A stretch of 64,000 nt of DNA from the NCBI GenBank assembly GCA_964626665.1, contig CAZVGK010000015.1:9443-73442 (forward strand), read 5' to 3'. The notes beneath the pieces are model-generated. The model was not told the origin of the DNA. It saw only the letters and a program-made list of their open reading frames with translations, and ran no database searches. A program made the position numbers and the translations under genes. Numbering within the stretch: the stretch's first letter is position 1; each line of letters begins with the position of its first letter. Shown here piece after piece: positions 62,668-64,000 of the stretch. Source of the stretch: an uncultured Gemmatimonadota bacterium (GTDB taxonomy: Bacteria; SM23-81; DAOVCL01).

Positions 62668-64000
62668 ATGAGAGCGCAGAGAGTATTCATCACAGCCTTA
62701 TTAGGGATCATAGTGGCCCTGCTGATGGTCCAGGCCTCTCTGGCCAATGATCCCAAGCAGGTAGGGGTATTGATTTGTGGGTCTGAGGTAGGGTTTGCTA
62801 AGGCTGATTCATCCAAGGGGCTGTGGCCGGTGAAGGAGGAGGAAGGAAGATTGGTGACTGAGTTCTGGAATGATAGCTATTTGATGTGGGAGATACTCTA
62901 TCTGAACCAATTTGATAATGATAAAATCCATGTGCTCTATGGAAAGGGAAAGGACTATCCGTCAAATTGGCGTCGTTACCAGGCTCCAGAAGAAATTGGT
63001 GAGATCACCGACACTTCCGCCTACCCCTCCGATGTGGCCAACATCTTCACCTCGTTGGCCGAGGGGAATCCTGAACAGGGGATAGAGCCAATGACCGATG
63101 AGGATCTTCTCTTCTGCTGGACATTTGACCATGGGGCAACGGGTTCCACATTCAGGATCCTGGATTCCTCAGAGCCGGAGGATCCCCAGGCGGTTGGAAA
63201 GTGTCATTACCGGACCGGTATGGCCTATAGCCTTTTGGAGGGACCAGTGGTAGAATGTGGGATAGCGATTTCAGGGAATTATGCTTATGTTACCTCCGGC
63301 TTTCGGGGGGTCTTAGTATTGGACATCTCTGATCCTCAAAACCCCAGGAGGATAGGTCGCTATGGCTGGGGATTTAAAGATGCCTACGACATAGCGGTTA
63401 GGGATACCTTAGCCTATGTAGGCCTGAGGTATTGGAAAAATCCTCCTTTTAAGGCTTATCTCGACGTTCTTAATATCTCGGATCCAGAGAACCTCCAACA
63501 AGTTGGCTCAATTTATCTTGGAACTGGTAGCATTAGGTCTGTTTCTATCCAGGATACCTGTGCCTACTTAGCTGCTCCTGCAGGCCTTTCTGTTGTAGAT
63601 ATCTCAGATCCCACCCATCTAAGTGAGATAGGATCTTGCCCACTGCCGCAAGCCGGGATGGGAGTTGATATCGCAGGCTCTTATGCCTATGTGTCTATCG
63701 GGATAAGCTCTTTTTATATAGTGGATATCTCCGATCCTCAAAATCCTTTGAGCCTGGGCTCCTGTTCAACTGAATCTGGGACTCATAAGGTTGCTGTCTC
63801 TGGGGAATATGCCTTTGTAACGACTTTGGAAGGGGTGAATGCCATAAGCATTGCCGATCCTGATAGTCCCTTTGTAGTAGATTTTTTGCGATTGCCAGCT
63901 CAGGCACGGGATATAGCGATTTCAGGCGGGAATGCTTATGTTGCTGATTTTACAGGTGGGGTTCAGATAATAGATATCTCTGACCCGCAGAACCTTACCC
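62668..64000 (+). CDS. Secreted protein with clan CD (C13/caspase-like) peptidase N-terminal part followed by LVIVD repeats; runs off the window
   Basis: GAGGAGG RBS; signal peptide; EFWNDSYLMWEIL...IHVLYGKG...LLFCWTFDHG; repeated LVLDISDP / YAYV units; frame open to the window end. Confidence 0.8.
   Translation, partial: MRAQRVFITALLGIIVALLMVQASLANDPKQVGVLICGSEVGFAKADSSKGLWPVKEEEGRLVTEFWNDSYLMWEILYLNQFDNDKIHVLYGKGKDYPSNWRRYQAPEEIGEITDTSAYPSDVANIFTSLAEGNPEQGIEPMTDEDLLFCWTFDHGATGSTFRILDSSEPEDPQAVGKCHYRTGMAYSLLEGPVVECGIAISGNYAYVTSGFRGVLVLDISDPQNPRRIGRYGWGFKDAYDIAVRDTLAYVGLRYWKNPPFKAYLDVLNISDPENLQQVGSIYLGTGSIRSVSIQDTCAYLAAPAGLSVVDISDPTHLSEIGSCPLPQAGMGVDIAGSYAYVSIGISSFYIVDISDPQNPLSLGSCSTESGTHKVAVSGEYAFVTTLEGVNAISIADPDSPFVVDFLRLPAQARDIAISGGNAYVADFTGGVQIIDISDPQNLT

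Overview
Bacterial chromosomal window. Its many secreted proteins with NYPNPFN-type C-terminal sorting domains, a gingipain-like protease, an outer-membrane beta-barrel and a LolA-like protein suggest a diderm FCB-group candidate-phylum organism (inference). 1-8 kb: an accessory array in which a promoter/riboswitch-like leader is repeated, each copy followed by different cargo (toxin-antitoxin pairs with decayed integron attC sites, a large secreted beta-helix protein, truncated gene ends). 9-21.5 kb: a defence-like block next to tRNA-Asp (type IIG-like RM enzyme with a coupled DUF4062-STAND NTPase, a decayed second copy of the RM 3' end, SWIM + SNF2). 22-51 kb: mostly housekeeping and envelope genes plus tRNAs (five tRNAs in the window in total). 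51-64 kb: a structured leader, a GxxExxY gene nested in palindromic repeats, an HD-GYP protein, a small secreted protein paired with a TPR-GAF-sigma54 activator, a complete sigma54 promoter architecture and a cluster of secreted CTD proteins. Intergenic DNA is dense with several families of short palindromic and heptamer repeats. All calls come from reading the sequence; no searches were run.
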